64,000 nt of DNA from an uncultured Anaerolineaceae bacterium. Its GTDB lineage: Bacteria > Chloroflexota > Anaerolineae > Anaerolineales > UBA4823. A program made the position numbers and the translations under genes. Position 1 is the stretch's first letter. The number at the start of each line of letters is the position of its first letter. The stretch lies in assembly GCA_964354345.1 (NCBI GenBank), contig CAYGZL010000106.1:6170-70169 (forward strand), written 5' to 3'. Below are positions 9,442 to 17,869 of the stretch, piece after piece. The notes under the pieces are model-generated. The model did no database searches, was not told the origin of the DNA, and was given only the letters and a program-made list of their open reading frames with translations.

Positions 9442-11769
9442 TTGGACGCGTATTGTGTAAAATGTCGGACTAAGCGGGAAGTCCAAAATCCACAGGCGGT
9501 ATTCACCGACCATGCGACCCCGGCTACCCGTGGTGTGTGTCCTGTTTGTGGTACAAACATGTTTCGAATGGGTCGAACGCCGGCACATGAGGGCATGCCG
9601 GTTCCAGAGAGGGGCGCCCAGAGCCGAGCGCGCCGTTCCGGTAAGTTAGTTATCGTAGAGTCGCCTGCCAAAGCTAAAACCGTGGGTCGTTTCCTGGGAA
9701 AGGGTTACACGGTGAAAGCCTCGGTTGGGCATGTGCGTGATTTGTTACATTCTCAGCTCTCAGTTGATGTGGAACATGATTTCACCCCCAAGTATCGCGT
9801 CCCGAACGAAAAAAAGGCAGTGGTCAGGGAACTCAAAGCGTTAGCAAGGACTGCGGAAGAAATTTACCTGGCAACCGACCCCGATCGGGAAGGGGAAGCC
9901 ATTGCCTGGCATTTGTTGGAGGCTGCAAATATCGAACCGAGTATCACACGGCGAGTCGTCTTTCATGAAATTACAGAGCCGGCGGTCGCAGATGCATTTG
10001 CTCATACTCGTGAGATTAACATGGATTTGGTCAATGCCCAGCAAGCCCGGCGAGTGCTAGATCGTTTGGTCGGCTATAGCCTGAGCCCCTTGCTTTGGCG
10101 CAAGGTGCGTAGTCGTCTTTCGGCTGGTCGGGTTCAATCGGTGGCCTTACGCCTCATTGTCGAGCGGGAACGGGAAATTCAGGCCTTCGTCCCGGTCGAA
10201 TATTGGAAAATCGCGGCTGAGTTTCAACCCTCGGGCAATAAGGACACCTTTATCGCCCGGTTGACGCGAGTGGATGAGGTGGAACCAGAACTCAAGAAAC
10301 AGGTTGAAGTTGACCCGATCCTGGCCGATATGGCTCAGGCTGCTTATGAGATTAGCAGGATTAAACGCGGGGAGCGCAAACGCAATCCCTTACCTCCATT
10401 CATAACAAGTACTTTACAACAAGAGGCCTCTCGCCGTCTGGGATATACTGCCCGGCGGACGATGGCTTTGGCCCAGCAACTTTATGAGGGGATTGATATC
10501 GGGCAAGGCGGTTCGGTGGGTTTAATCACCTATATGCGTACCGACTCGACCAACGTGGCGGAGTTAGCCCAAACCGAGGCGCGCCAATTTATCGCCAGCC
10601 GTTATGGTGAAAAGTTCTTACCACCCGAAGCGCCGCAATATAAGACGCGCGCGCGCGGCGCCCAGGAAGCCCATGAAGCGATCCGTCCGACTTCTGTGTT
10701 ACGGCAACCCGATTCAATCAAAGAATTCTTAAACCGCGATCAATTTCGTCTCTATCAGGTTATCTGGCAGCGGTTTATGGCTTCACAGATGACCTTTGCG
10801 CTCTATGACACCCTGGCCGTGGATGTCGCTGGTACCGGACAACATACCTACTTATTGCGCGCGTCTGGTTCTACGGTGCGTTTCCTCGGTTATCTGGTAG
10901 TTTATGAAGAAGCTAAAGATGAAGACCAACAGGTCGAAGAAGAAAGCGAAAACGCACGCATCCCAGCTGGCCTGACGGAGGGACAGGTGCAACGTCTGGT
11001 GCGGTTGTTACCCGAACAGCATTTTACCCAGCCCCCGCCGCGCTATTCCGAATCATCATTAGTGCGCTTGTTAGAGGAAAATGGGATTGGTCGACCTTCA
11101 ACCTATGCCCCGATCCTGGGCACCATCCAGCAGCGCGGATATGTCGTGCGCGATGCCAAGCGCCTGATCCCAACCGAAACAGGCATTTTAGTCAACGATT
11201 TACTCATCGAACATTTTCCTGAGGTGCTCGAGGTCGGCTTTACCGCCCACATGGAAGAAGATTTGGACCGGGTGGCTTCAGGTGAATTACCCTGGGTGGA
11301 TGTGATACGTGAGTTTTATGGACCTTTCGCTCAGCAAGTCGTCCTGGCCGAAGAGAGGATGCCCCAAAATAATTTAGGCCCCGAGCCGATTGGGCGAGCC
11401 TGCCCCGAATGCGGTCATGACCTGGTTATCCGTTGGGGGCGATATGGGAAGTTTATTAGTTGTAGTAATTTCCCAGAGTGTCGCCATACCGAAGCTTGGT
11501 TAGAAAAAATCGGTGTGCACTGTCCAAAGGATGGCGGTGAAATTGTTGAGCGGAAAACGCGCAAAAAGCGCGTCTTTTATGGTTGCGCGAATTACCCCGC
11601 TTGTGATTTTACCTCCTGGAAAAAACCCTTACCTGCAGCCTGTCCCGACTGCGGTGGATTATTGGTAGTTGCTGATAAACGAGACGCCCAGTGTAGCAGT
11701 TGCCAGGCGCGTTTCCCTCTGGATCAGATAATGGTAGAAGCAGTAGTAGAGCCGGTAGAATCGGCATGA
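9442..11769 (+). CDS. topA: DNA topoisomerase I with an extra N-terminal zinc ribbon
   Basis: TOPRIM LVIVESPAKAKT, catalytic region ITYMRTDS, and three C-terminal CxxC...C zinc fingers. TTG start is 9 nt after ACAGGAGG. The first 45 aa or so contain CVKC...CPVC. Confidence 0.93.
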   Translation: MDAYCVKCRTKREVQNPQAVFTDHATPATRGVCPVCGTNMFRMGRTPAHEGMPVPERGAQSRARRSGKLVIVESPAKAKTVGRFLGKGYTVKASVGHVRDLLHSQLSVDVEHDFTPKYRVPNEKKAVVRELKALARTAEEIYLATDPDREGEAIAWHLLEAANIEPSITRRVVFHEITEPAVADAFAHTREINMDLVNAQQARRVLDRLVGYSLSPLLWRKVRSRLSAGRVQSVALRLIVEREREIQAFVPVEYWKIAAEFQPSGNKDTFIARLTRVDEVEPELKKQVEVDPILADMAQAAYEISRIKRGERKRNPLPPFITSTLQQEASRRLGYTARRTMALAQQLYEGIDIGQGGSVGLITYMRTDSTNVAELAQTEARQFIASRYGEKFLPPEAPQYKTRARGAQEAHEAIRPTSVLRQPDSIKEFLNRDQFRLYQVIWQRFMASQMTFALYDTLAVDVAGTGQHTYLLRASGSTVRFLGYLVVYEEAKDEDQQVEEESENARIPAGLTEGQVQRLVRLLPEQHFTQPPPRYSESSLVRLLEENGIGRPSTYAPILGTIQQRGYVVRDAKRLIPTETGILVNDLLIEHFPEVLEVGFTAHMEEDLDRVASGELPWVDVIREFYGPFAQQVVLAEERMPQNNLGPEPIGRACPECGHDLVIRWGRYGKFISCSNFPECRHTEAWLEKIGVHCPKDGGEIVERKTRKKRVFYGCANYPACDFTSWKKPLPAACPDCGGLLVVADKRDAQCSSCQARFPLDQIMVEAVVEPVESA

Positions 11770-11852
11770 GTCTTGCACCATGCAGGATAGATCATTAAAC
11801 GATGGCGTATGGCAACCTGTCCAACCAATCTCGCTCAAAAATAGAACAGGTA

Positions 11853-11861
11853 TGCTATAAT
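11853..11861 (+). promoter_or_regulatory. Candidate extended -10 promoter (TGcTATAAT)
   Basis: TGCTATAAT at 11853-11861, about 70 nt upstream of ATG 11932. No good -35 element. Confidence 0.3.
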
Positions 11862-11931
11862 TCAAGCGGACCCGTCGTAGGATGGGAGACCATACTCCAT
11901 CTTGTTCAATCATTATCACGGGAGTAAAGAT

Positions 11932-13041
11932 ATGGACGCGCTCATGAAGAAACTAGGAACCTTATTCAATAAGCTCTACGGCTCTCCGCTTGGAATGGGT
12001 GTGGCCGGTCTGATCGTCGGTCTAATCATCGGCTTGCCGATCTTTGGATGGGGATTAACTCCCGTTCGATATGAAGGAGCCGGCCCTGCAAAATTGTATG
12101 AAGATTTCAAACTTGATTATATGCAAATGGCGATTGACTCGTATGCCCTCAATAATGACGCAATCGCTGCCCAAAGGCGTTATAAAGATTTAGGAAAAGA
12201 TGCCGATCAGCTTTGGGAGAAAATAAATCAAACTACTTCTCCAGATAAGCAACCTGCGGTATCTAAATTCGGCTCGGTTGTCAGTCTTGCCAGTGCGCCA
12301 ACCACGCCTGGAACAATCCAAGGCACTCCGGCCAAACCACCGACCGGTCAGACACCTACTGTCACTCAACTCACCCTGCAGGGAACTCCTGTAGTCCAAC
12401 CAACCATGACATCCGAAAAACCGCAGAGTGGCCTGGGGGGCGTCTTGCGTAGTTTCTTGATTATTGTGCTTTTATTGGCGGTCGTTGTAGGATTGGCATT
12501 CTGGGTGCGTAGCCGGCGTCAGCCACCTGCTCAACCTGGCTCTAAGAGCACCCCATCCCAACCGCCTGCAGAGGATGAGGTCGAAACCGCTCAATCAGAG
12601 CAACCTCAAGAAGCCCCAATGGCTCAGTACATGGCGTCGTATAAAGTAGGAGATGATCTGTTCGATGACTCCTATAGCATCGATTCACCCACTGGCGAGT
12701 TCCTGGGTGAATGTGGCGTAGAAATTTCTGAAACCATCGGCGTGGGTGACCCAAAGAAGGTGACAGCCTTCGAGGTCTGGTTGTTCGATAAAAATGATAT
12801 TCAGACCGTGACCCAGGTATTAATGAGCGAACATGCGTTCAAGGATAATACTACTCGCGTGCGTCTGTCAGCTAAGGGCGAACCAGTGCCAGTGTCCCCA
12901 GGCGGTTGGACAGAACTCGAGACTCAAAGCCTGCGCCTGGTCGTCAGGGTAGTGGATATGGCGTACGGAGAAGGTGCTCTACCAGCGAACAGTTTCTTTG
13001 ATCACTTCATACTTCAATTGGATGTTTATAAGAAAGCTTGA
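11932..13041 (+). CDS. Hypothetical two-TM membrane protein with a Pro/Thr-rich linker
   Basis: RBS GGGAG lies 7 nt before ATG 11932. TM1 is GMGVAGLIVGLIIGLPIFGWGL. A PT-rich stretch is followed by TM2 LRSFLIIVLLLAVVVGLAFWV and a C-terminal domain of about 150 aa. I recognise no family. Confidence 0.7.
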   Translation: MDALMKKLGTLFNKLYGSPLGMGVAGLIVGLIIGLPIFGWGLTPVRYEGAGPAKLYEDFKLDYMQMAIDSYALNNDAIAAQRRYKDLGKDADQLWEKINQTTSPDKQPAVSKFGSVVSLASAPTTPGTIQGTPAKPPTGQTPTVTQLTLQGTPVVQPTMTSEKPQSGLGGVLRSFLIIVLLLAVVVGLAFWVRSRRQPPAQPGSKSTPSQPPAEDEVETAQSEQPQEAPMAQYMASYKVGDDLFDDSYSIDSPTGEFLGECGVEISETIGVGDPKKVTAFEVWLFDKNDIQTVTQVLMSEHAFKDNTTRVRLSAKGEPVPVSPGGWTELETQSLRLVVRVVDMAYGEGALPANSFFDHFILQLDVYKKA

Positions 13042-13060
13042 TTAGTGGGTTCTGCAAAAT

Positions 13061-13115
13061 AACAGGGTAGGAGAGCTGGCAGTGCAGGCTGACTCTCCTA
13101 TCCTGTTTATTTTTC
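13061..13115. terminator. Bidirectional intrinsic terminator between the hypothetical gene and greA
   Basis: A 15-bp stem pairs AACAGGGTAGGAGAG (13061-13075) with CTCTCCTATCCTGTT (13093-13107). It is followed by TATTTTT on plus and TTATTTTG on minus. Confidence 0.75.
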
Positions 13116-13121
13116 AAATTG

Positions 13122-13595
13122 CTATTCAATTTTCAATATTTTCACACGCAAAGTACCCCCAGGAGTTTGTGCAACCACCTCTTCACCCTCGTGATGTCCA
13201 AGCAAGGCTTTACCGATCGGAGATTCGTTCGAGATTTTTCCCTGGCGCGGGTCAGCTTCTTTAGCACCAACCAGCTGGTACGTGACTGGATCATCGTCTT
13301 CCAACAAAACGGTGACAAGAACACCAACTTCAGCAATCTCATGTTTACCAGGTTGAGTTTCGACGATGATGGCATTTTTTAGAGTGTAATCCAACTCCTG
13401 GATGCGGCCTTCTAAAAAACCCTGGTCTTCCTTGGCTTTGTGGTAATCAGCATTCTCAGAGAGATCGCCCTGTTGGACAGCAGAGCGAAGGCGTAACGCC
13501 ATCTCTTCCCGTAAGGGACCTTTTAAATGAGCTAATTCGGCGCGCAGCCGCTCAGCGCCTTCAGCAGTCAAGTAAATTGGATCGTTCATGACCAT
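13122..13595 (-). CDS. greA: Transcription elongation factor GreA
   Basis: N-terminal coiled coil LTAEGAERLRAELAHLK..GDLSENADYHAKE-like, and a C-terminal FKBP-like domain. Confidence 0.92.
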   Translation of the reverse strand: MVMNDPIYLTAEGAERLRAELAHLKGPLREEMALRLRSAVQQGDLSENADYHKAKEDQGFLEGRIQELDYTLKNAIIVETQPGKHEIAEVGVLVTVLLEDDDPVTYQLVGAKEADPRQGKISNESPIGKALLGHHEGEEVVAQTPGGTLRVKILKIE

Positions 13596-13610
13596 CTTAT
13601 CTATCCCAGC

Positions 13611-14762
13611 TCAGGGTTTCATAGTAGGTTCAAAAAGTTTCTGATATTCTTCGATGGCAAAACGGTCTGTCATCCCGGCGATATAGTCACAGATCGTGCG
13701 TTCTTGACCGCGGTCTTCGATGGCTTCCTGGACATGCCGGGGTAACATTTCTGGCTCGCCCTGATAGGCGTGGAATAAATCAGAGATCAGTCGTTCTGCT
13801 TTGACTGCCATGCGGACTACCCGGTGGTGGCGGTACAGATGGTTGTACAAGAAATCCTTTAACTGACGATTACGGCGATGCGTATCTTCCCCATAACCGA
13901 TCACATGAAAAGGGAGGCGCTGCAGTTCTTCGACCGATTTCACGCTGCTGTCTCGCAGGCGTTGGTGGGTATTCTCGACCAGATCATTGACTTCCATGCC
14001 GATCAACCGGCGAATCAAACGGTGACGATCCAGATCTTCCAGCACTTGACTGCGCAATTCCACACTCTCGACCAGGATTTCCCACAGGGTGATGCCTTCT
14101 AACATCCAGGGTGTTATCATACCCGAGCGTAATCCATCATCGAGATCGTGAGCAGTATAAGCCAGTTCATCAGCTGCGTTGGTGATCTGGGCTTCCAGGT
14201 GGCCGCGCAATTCCGGGTTGTATTGGCTGGCATCGGTTAAATCGTACTCGGATTCGTGTTTCACGATGCCTTCGCGCACTTCCCAGGTCAGATTAAGTCC
14301 CGGGAAATCAGGGTAGCGATGTTCTAATTGGGTGACGATACGCAGCGATTGTTTATTGTGATCGAAGCCCCCGTAATCTACCATCCGGCGCGCCAGGGCG
14401 ATTTCACCGGAGTGACCGAAGGGCGGGTGACCCAGATCATGTGCCAGTGAGATGGCTTCCACGAGATCTTCGTTGGCACCCAGGGCGCGCGCGATCGTAC
14501 GACCGATTTGAGCTACCTCCAGGGTGTGAGTCAGGCGGGTGCGATAATAATCGCCTTCATAGTTTATGAAAACTTGAGTCTTATATTCCAGGCGTCGAAA
14601 GGCAGTAGTATGTAAGATCCGGTCACGATCCCGTTGGAACGCAGTCCGATAAGCTGGTTCGTCTTCGGTAAAGGCCCGGCCTCTTGAATTTTTACTCTGG
14701 CAGGCGTATGGCGCCAAAGATTGGCTTTCCAGGTTTTCGAGTTGAGCGCGGCTGAAAAACAT
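13611..14762 (-). CDS. dGTP triphosphohydrolase-like HD-domain protein
   Basis: RLTHTLEVAQIGRTIA..HDLGHPPFGH..AADELAYTAHDLDDG, the typical Dgt-like HD phosphohydrolase pattern. Confidence 0.85.
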   Translation of the reverse strand: MFFSRAQLENLESQSLAPYACQSKNSRGRAFTEDEPAYRTAFQRDRDRILHTTAFRRLEYKTQVFINYEGDYYRTRLTHTLEVAQIGRTIARALGANEDLVEAISLAHDLGHPPFGHSGEIALARRMVDYGGFDHNKQSLRIVTQLEHRYPDFPGLNLTWEVREGIVKHESEYDLTDASQYNPELRGHLEAQITNAADELAYTAHDLDDGLRSGMITPWMLEGITLWEILVESVELRSQVLEDLDRHRLIRRLIGMEVNDLVENTHQRLRDSSVKSVEELQRLPFHVIGYGEDTHRRNRQLKDFLYNHLYRHHRVVRMAVKAERLISDLFHAYQGEPEMLPRHVQEAIEDRGQERTICDYIAGMTDRFAIEEYQKLFEPTMKP

Positions 14763-14831
14763 AATTCTATTATTTCGTCTCAGATCATACTGGATGGGAT
14801 GGGTGGAGTGTAATCCAGGAAGGGAGGACTG

Positions 14832-15785
14832 TCAACCAATCACCTGACCGGAAATAACAGCTCCGTCTGGAACTGAACCTCTACGCAGTACGATGGTATC
14901 TTGCAAGCGAACCTGTCGGCCGATCTGGCAGCCTTTCTCGAGGTAAACCCTCGGACCGATCGAGCATCCCGCGCCAATCTTGACATTATTTTCGCAGAAT
15001 ACGGGCGGATGAAAGAGGGTGTACTCTCCAATTGAATCGGTGTGAATTTCGATCTCTTCTGGGTGGCTAGAAAGGTAGGACAGGTTGATATTCAACAGGT
15101 CAGCGGCAGAGGTTAGCGTATAACGCCGGTCAATCGGCACACCCAGAACCCGACCTGGATGATCAATGAAACGTTGGATGGCGTCTTGTAGCTCGTACTC
15201 CCCTCGAGACGAGAGAAGCACCGCAGGCAGGTAATCCAGCAGGGAGGTTGGGAAAATGTATAACGGTAGGCTGGCAATCCTGGATGGCGCTTCAACGGGC
15301 GATGGTTTTTCAATGATGCGCGTCACCCAATCCCCGTTTCGCTCAACAATACCTGTACTGTGGATTTGTTCAGCTGACACGGGCAGCAGGGCTAAAACCG
15401 CATTCGGTTTTAACGGGCTGTGCCAGGCAGCCAGCAGACAGGTGATTTGATCGCTGGCGACCAGATTGTCACAGGCAGATAAGATGAAATCTTCGTAAAT
15501 GAGCGACGCGGCGCTGCGTAGGGCGTCAGCCATCCCACGTGACTGCGCTTGTTGGACAAATGTGATGCGGATATCCGCCGGGCAAACGCGCAGGAAATAG
15601 GGTTGAATCTCATCATCATCCGGGCTGACAACCAGGGTGAACTCACGCAGACCGTTGGCTGTCAGGCTTTCCATCACGCGTTCGACAATTGGCTTGCCCA
15701 GGATGGGCAGCATCGCCTTAGTGCGGTCAATTGTCAGGTGATGCAGGCGTGCGCCTCTCCCGGCAGCCAGGATGATCGCTTGCAT
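14832..15785 (-). CDS. Sugar-1-phosphate nucleotidyltransferase with a C-terminal left-handed beta-helix
   Basis: MQAIILAAGRGARL..KAMLPILGKP nucleotidyltransferase signature. The C-terminus has hexapeptide-repeat-like IGAGCSIGPRVYLEKGCQIG. Confidence 0.8.
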   Translation of the reverse strand: MQAIILAAGRGARLHHLTIDRTKAMLPILGKPIVERVMESLTANGLREFTLVVSPDDDEIQPYFLRVCPADIRITFVQQAQSRGMADALRSAASLIYEDFILSACDNLVASDQITCLLAAWHSPLKPNAVLALLPVSAEQIHSTGIVERNGDWVTRIIEKPSPVEAPSRIASLPLYIFPTSLLDYLPAVLLSSRGEYELQDAIQRFIDHPGRVLGVPIDRRYTLTSAADLLNINLSYLSSHPEEIEIHTDSIGEYTLFHPPVFCENNVKIGAGCSIGPRVYLEKGCQIGRQVRLQDTIVLRRGSVPDGAVISGQVIG

Positions 15786-16940
15786 CTAGCACCTCTCGAC
15801 AGTCAGGCCGGTCCGTGTTAAACGCGGAAAATATACCTGGGTTGCCAGGAGATCATGGTCCTTTGCGGTTTGAGTCCAGACTTGTGCCAACCGGTCTTCC
15901 TCACCAGGACGGGTCAGGGCGAAAACTGAGCCTCCGCTTCCGGCGCCGGTTAGCTTGGCGCCCAACGCGCCATTATCAACAGCAGTTTGGATAAACAGGT
16001 TATTTGCCCAACCCGCGCCATCCGGAAAACCGCAGCGCGTCATCATCTCATCCACCAGGCGATGATTCTGGTTCATGAGCGCTCCGAAGGTATCCAAATC
16101 GCCAGTCAGCAAGGCAATCTTCCCACGCCAGGCCGTCTGGTAAGCGGCTTGCATTAAACGTACTAAGGGGGGAGCTTCGCCTCCCTCTTGCGCCCATCGA
16201 TCGTGTTCTTCCAGGTAGCGCGGGCGCATTCGCCCGTGAACATCGCCAGAATTATGTTGGATGCCGGTCGAGACGGCTACCAGCGGCAGGTCGGCGGCGT
16301 AATTATCCAGGCGCTCGATGGTCACATAAGGCTCCTGGTTAATTTCACGCTGATGTAGTTTGCCGCGATAATCAAGATAGGAGATACCACCGAAAAGCGG
16401 TACATAGCGGTCAGCGAAACCGCAGGTGATGCCCAACTCCAGGGCTTCGCTGCGTTGGGCGAGCTCACTAAGCACATAATCATTATGGGCGCGCCGATCT
16501 AACTCATAGAATTCTCGTAGACCTGCCAGGGTAAGCAGAACAAATAACGAAGAGCCACCCAAACCGCTTTGGCGAGGCACCTGGCTCCAGATCGCGACGC
16601 GCACGCCGTTCGTTTCTGGTTGATAGCGCGCCCGGAGTTCAGCGCTGAAGGTGTACAGGCGGTTAAAGGCTGCTTTTGCCAGGTCCATTTGCCCATCGTA
16701 AGGATATGGGGGGTGGATCGCCTGGTTCAGCTCTCCTGGGCTCTCGTAAGCGGTGCGAAGAAGAGGCGTACCATTGGGTTGATCGCCCAGGTCTTCCAGG
16801 ATTAAGCCCACGGCGGGTTCGATCCAGGCTCCGGCGCGCAGTTCAACCGCGGCAGAGAGGGTGGCAAAGTCTCCCTCGTTGGCGTCGGTTGGGTTGCCGA
16901 GGATGTTTATCCGTGCTGGAATTGTTAATCGGTAACGCAT
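15786..16940 (-). CDS. GHMP-family sugar kinase, glucuronokinase-like
   Basis: ARINILGNPTD, GHMP motif II PRQSGLGGSS, and motif III KLTGAGSGGSVFAL. Its stop codon directly abuts the ATG of the nucleotidyltransferase (0-nt gap). Confidence 0.75.
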   Translation of the reverse strand: MRYRLTIPARINILGNPTDANEGDFATLSAAVELRAGAWIEPAVGLILEDLGDQPNGTPLLRTAYESPGELNQAIHPPYPYDGQMDLAKAAFNRLYTFSAELRARYQPETNGVRVAIWSQVPRQSGLGGSSLFVLLTLAGLREFYELDRRAHNDYVLSELAQRSEALELGITCGFADRYVPLFGGISYLDYRGKLHQREINQEPYVTIERLDNYAADLPLVAVSTGIQHNSGDVHGRMRPRYLEEHDRWAQEGGEAPPLVRLMQAAYQTAWRGKIALLTGDLDTFGALMNQNHRLVDEMMTRCGFPDGAGWANNLFIQTAVDNGALGAKLTGAGSGGSVFALTRPGEEDRLAQVWTQTAKDHDLLATQVYFPRLTRTGLTVERC

Positions 16941-16956
16941 CGCAGGTATCTAGAGC

Positions 16957-17844
16957 TTATGCACGATCAGCCGATCCCAGGAAGCGGATGCGTTCTCGTA
17001 CTGCCAGAGTCATCGCCTCACGCGCCAGTGCTAAGTACTTGCGCGGATCGACCTCGGTAGGTTCAGTAGATAGATAGTTACGTATGGCGCTCGTGAATAC
17101 CTGGTTTAGTTGCGTGGCGATATTGACTTTGCACAAACCAAGCCGGATGCCAGCGGAGATGCTGGCGTCTGTTACGCCCGATGAGCCATGTAAAACCAGG
17201 GGGATAGATACGCGTTGTCGAATGGCACGCAGACGCTCCAGATCGAGTTGGGTGGTCTTGTGGTGCAGGGCATGCACTGAGCCCACAGCTACCGCCAACG
17301 TGTCAATGCCGGAGGCGGAGAAAAATTCGGCTGCCTGATCCGGGTCGGTCAGAAGACCTGCAGACAATCCATCCGGTGGCAGTACAGTTCTCCCTCGGCT
17401 GTCAGCGCGGGGAACTTCACCCAACTCGCCTTCCAGACAGATATTCTGCTCATGAGCCAGCGTACTGAGCAGACGTGTCTGACGAATGTTTTCAGCCAGG
17501 GGTATATCACCGCTGTCGAACATCACTGAGGTGAAACCTGCTGCGATCGCCAGGCGCACCACTGGCTCGGGTGCGTGATCCAGATGAAGCGCGATGGGAG
17601 CGAAAGTGTCTTGAGCGGCGGCGCGTGCAATACTCACGGCATATCGTAATCCGAGCTGTTCATCCCCCCCACCCAGGTATTTCAACGCCCGGTAGCTGAC
17701 TTGAATGATCACCGGGGCTTTTTCCGCCTCAGCCGCGGCGGTGATCGCCTGGAATTGTTCCAAGGTGTTGGCGTTGAATGCACCGATTGCGTAACTCTCG
17801 TGGAGGGCACGCTCTAGCCAGGGAAGGAGATTGATTAAGGTCAT
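16957..17844 (-). CDS. Class II ketose-bisphosphate aldolase family protein (FBA/tagatose-bisphosphate aldolase fold)
   Basis: YAIGAFN, LHLDH, VMFDSG and LVLHGSSG, the metal and phosphate-binding motifs of class II FBA/GatY/KbaY. Confidence 0.8.
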   Translation of the reverse strand: MTLINLLPWLERALHESYAIGAFNANTLEQFQAITAAAEAEKAPVIIQVSYRALKYLGGGDEQLGLRYAVSIARAAAQDTFAPIALHLDHAPEPVVRLAIAAGFTSVMFDSGDIPLAENIRQTRLLSTLAHEQNICLEGELGEVPRADSRGRTVLPPDGLSAGLLTDPDQAAEFFSASGIDTLAVAVGSVHALHHKTTQLDLERLRAIRQRVSIPLVLHGSSGVTDASISAGIRLGLCKVNIATQLNQVFTSAIRNYLSTEPTEVDPRKYLALAREAMTLAVRERIRFLGSADRA

Positions 17845-17869
17845 GCGATTATCTCTCCACTAATCAAGT

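Noticed and set aside
13611-14762. The HD-domain dGTPase-like gene as a possible anti-phage dNTP-depletion defence gene.
   Set aside because: It sits in a housekeeping context, 15 nt upstream of greA and near topA and recA. There are no mobile-element or defence-island neighbours. It has the ordinary Dgt-like length and motifs. Nothing in the sequence distinguishes it from the housekeeping paralog.
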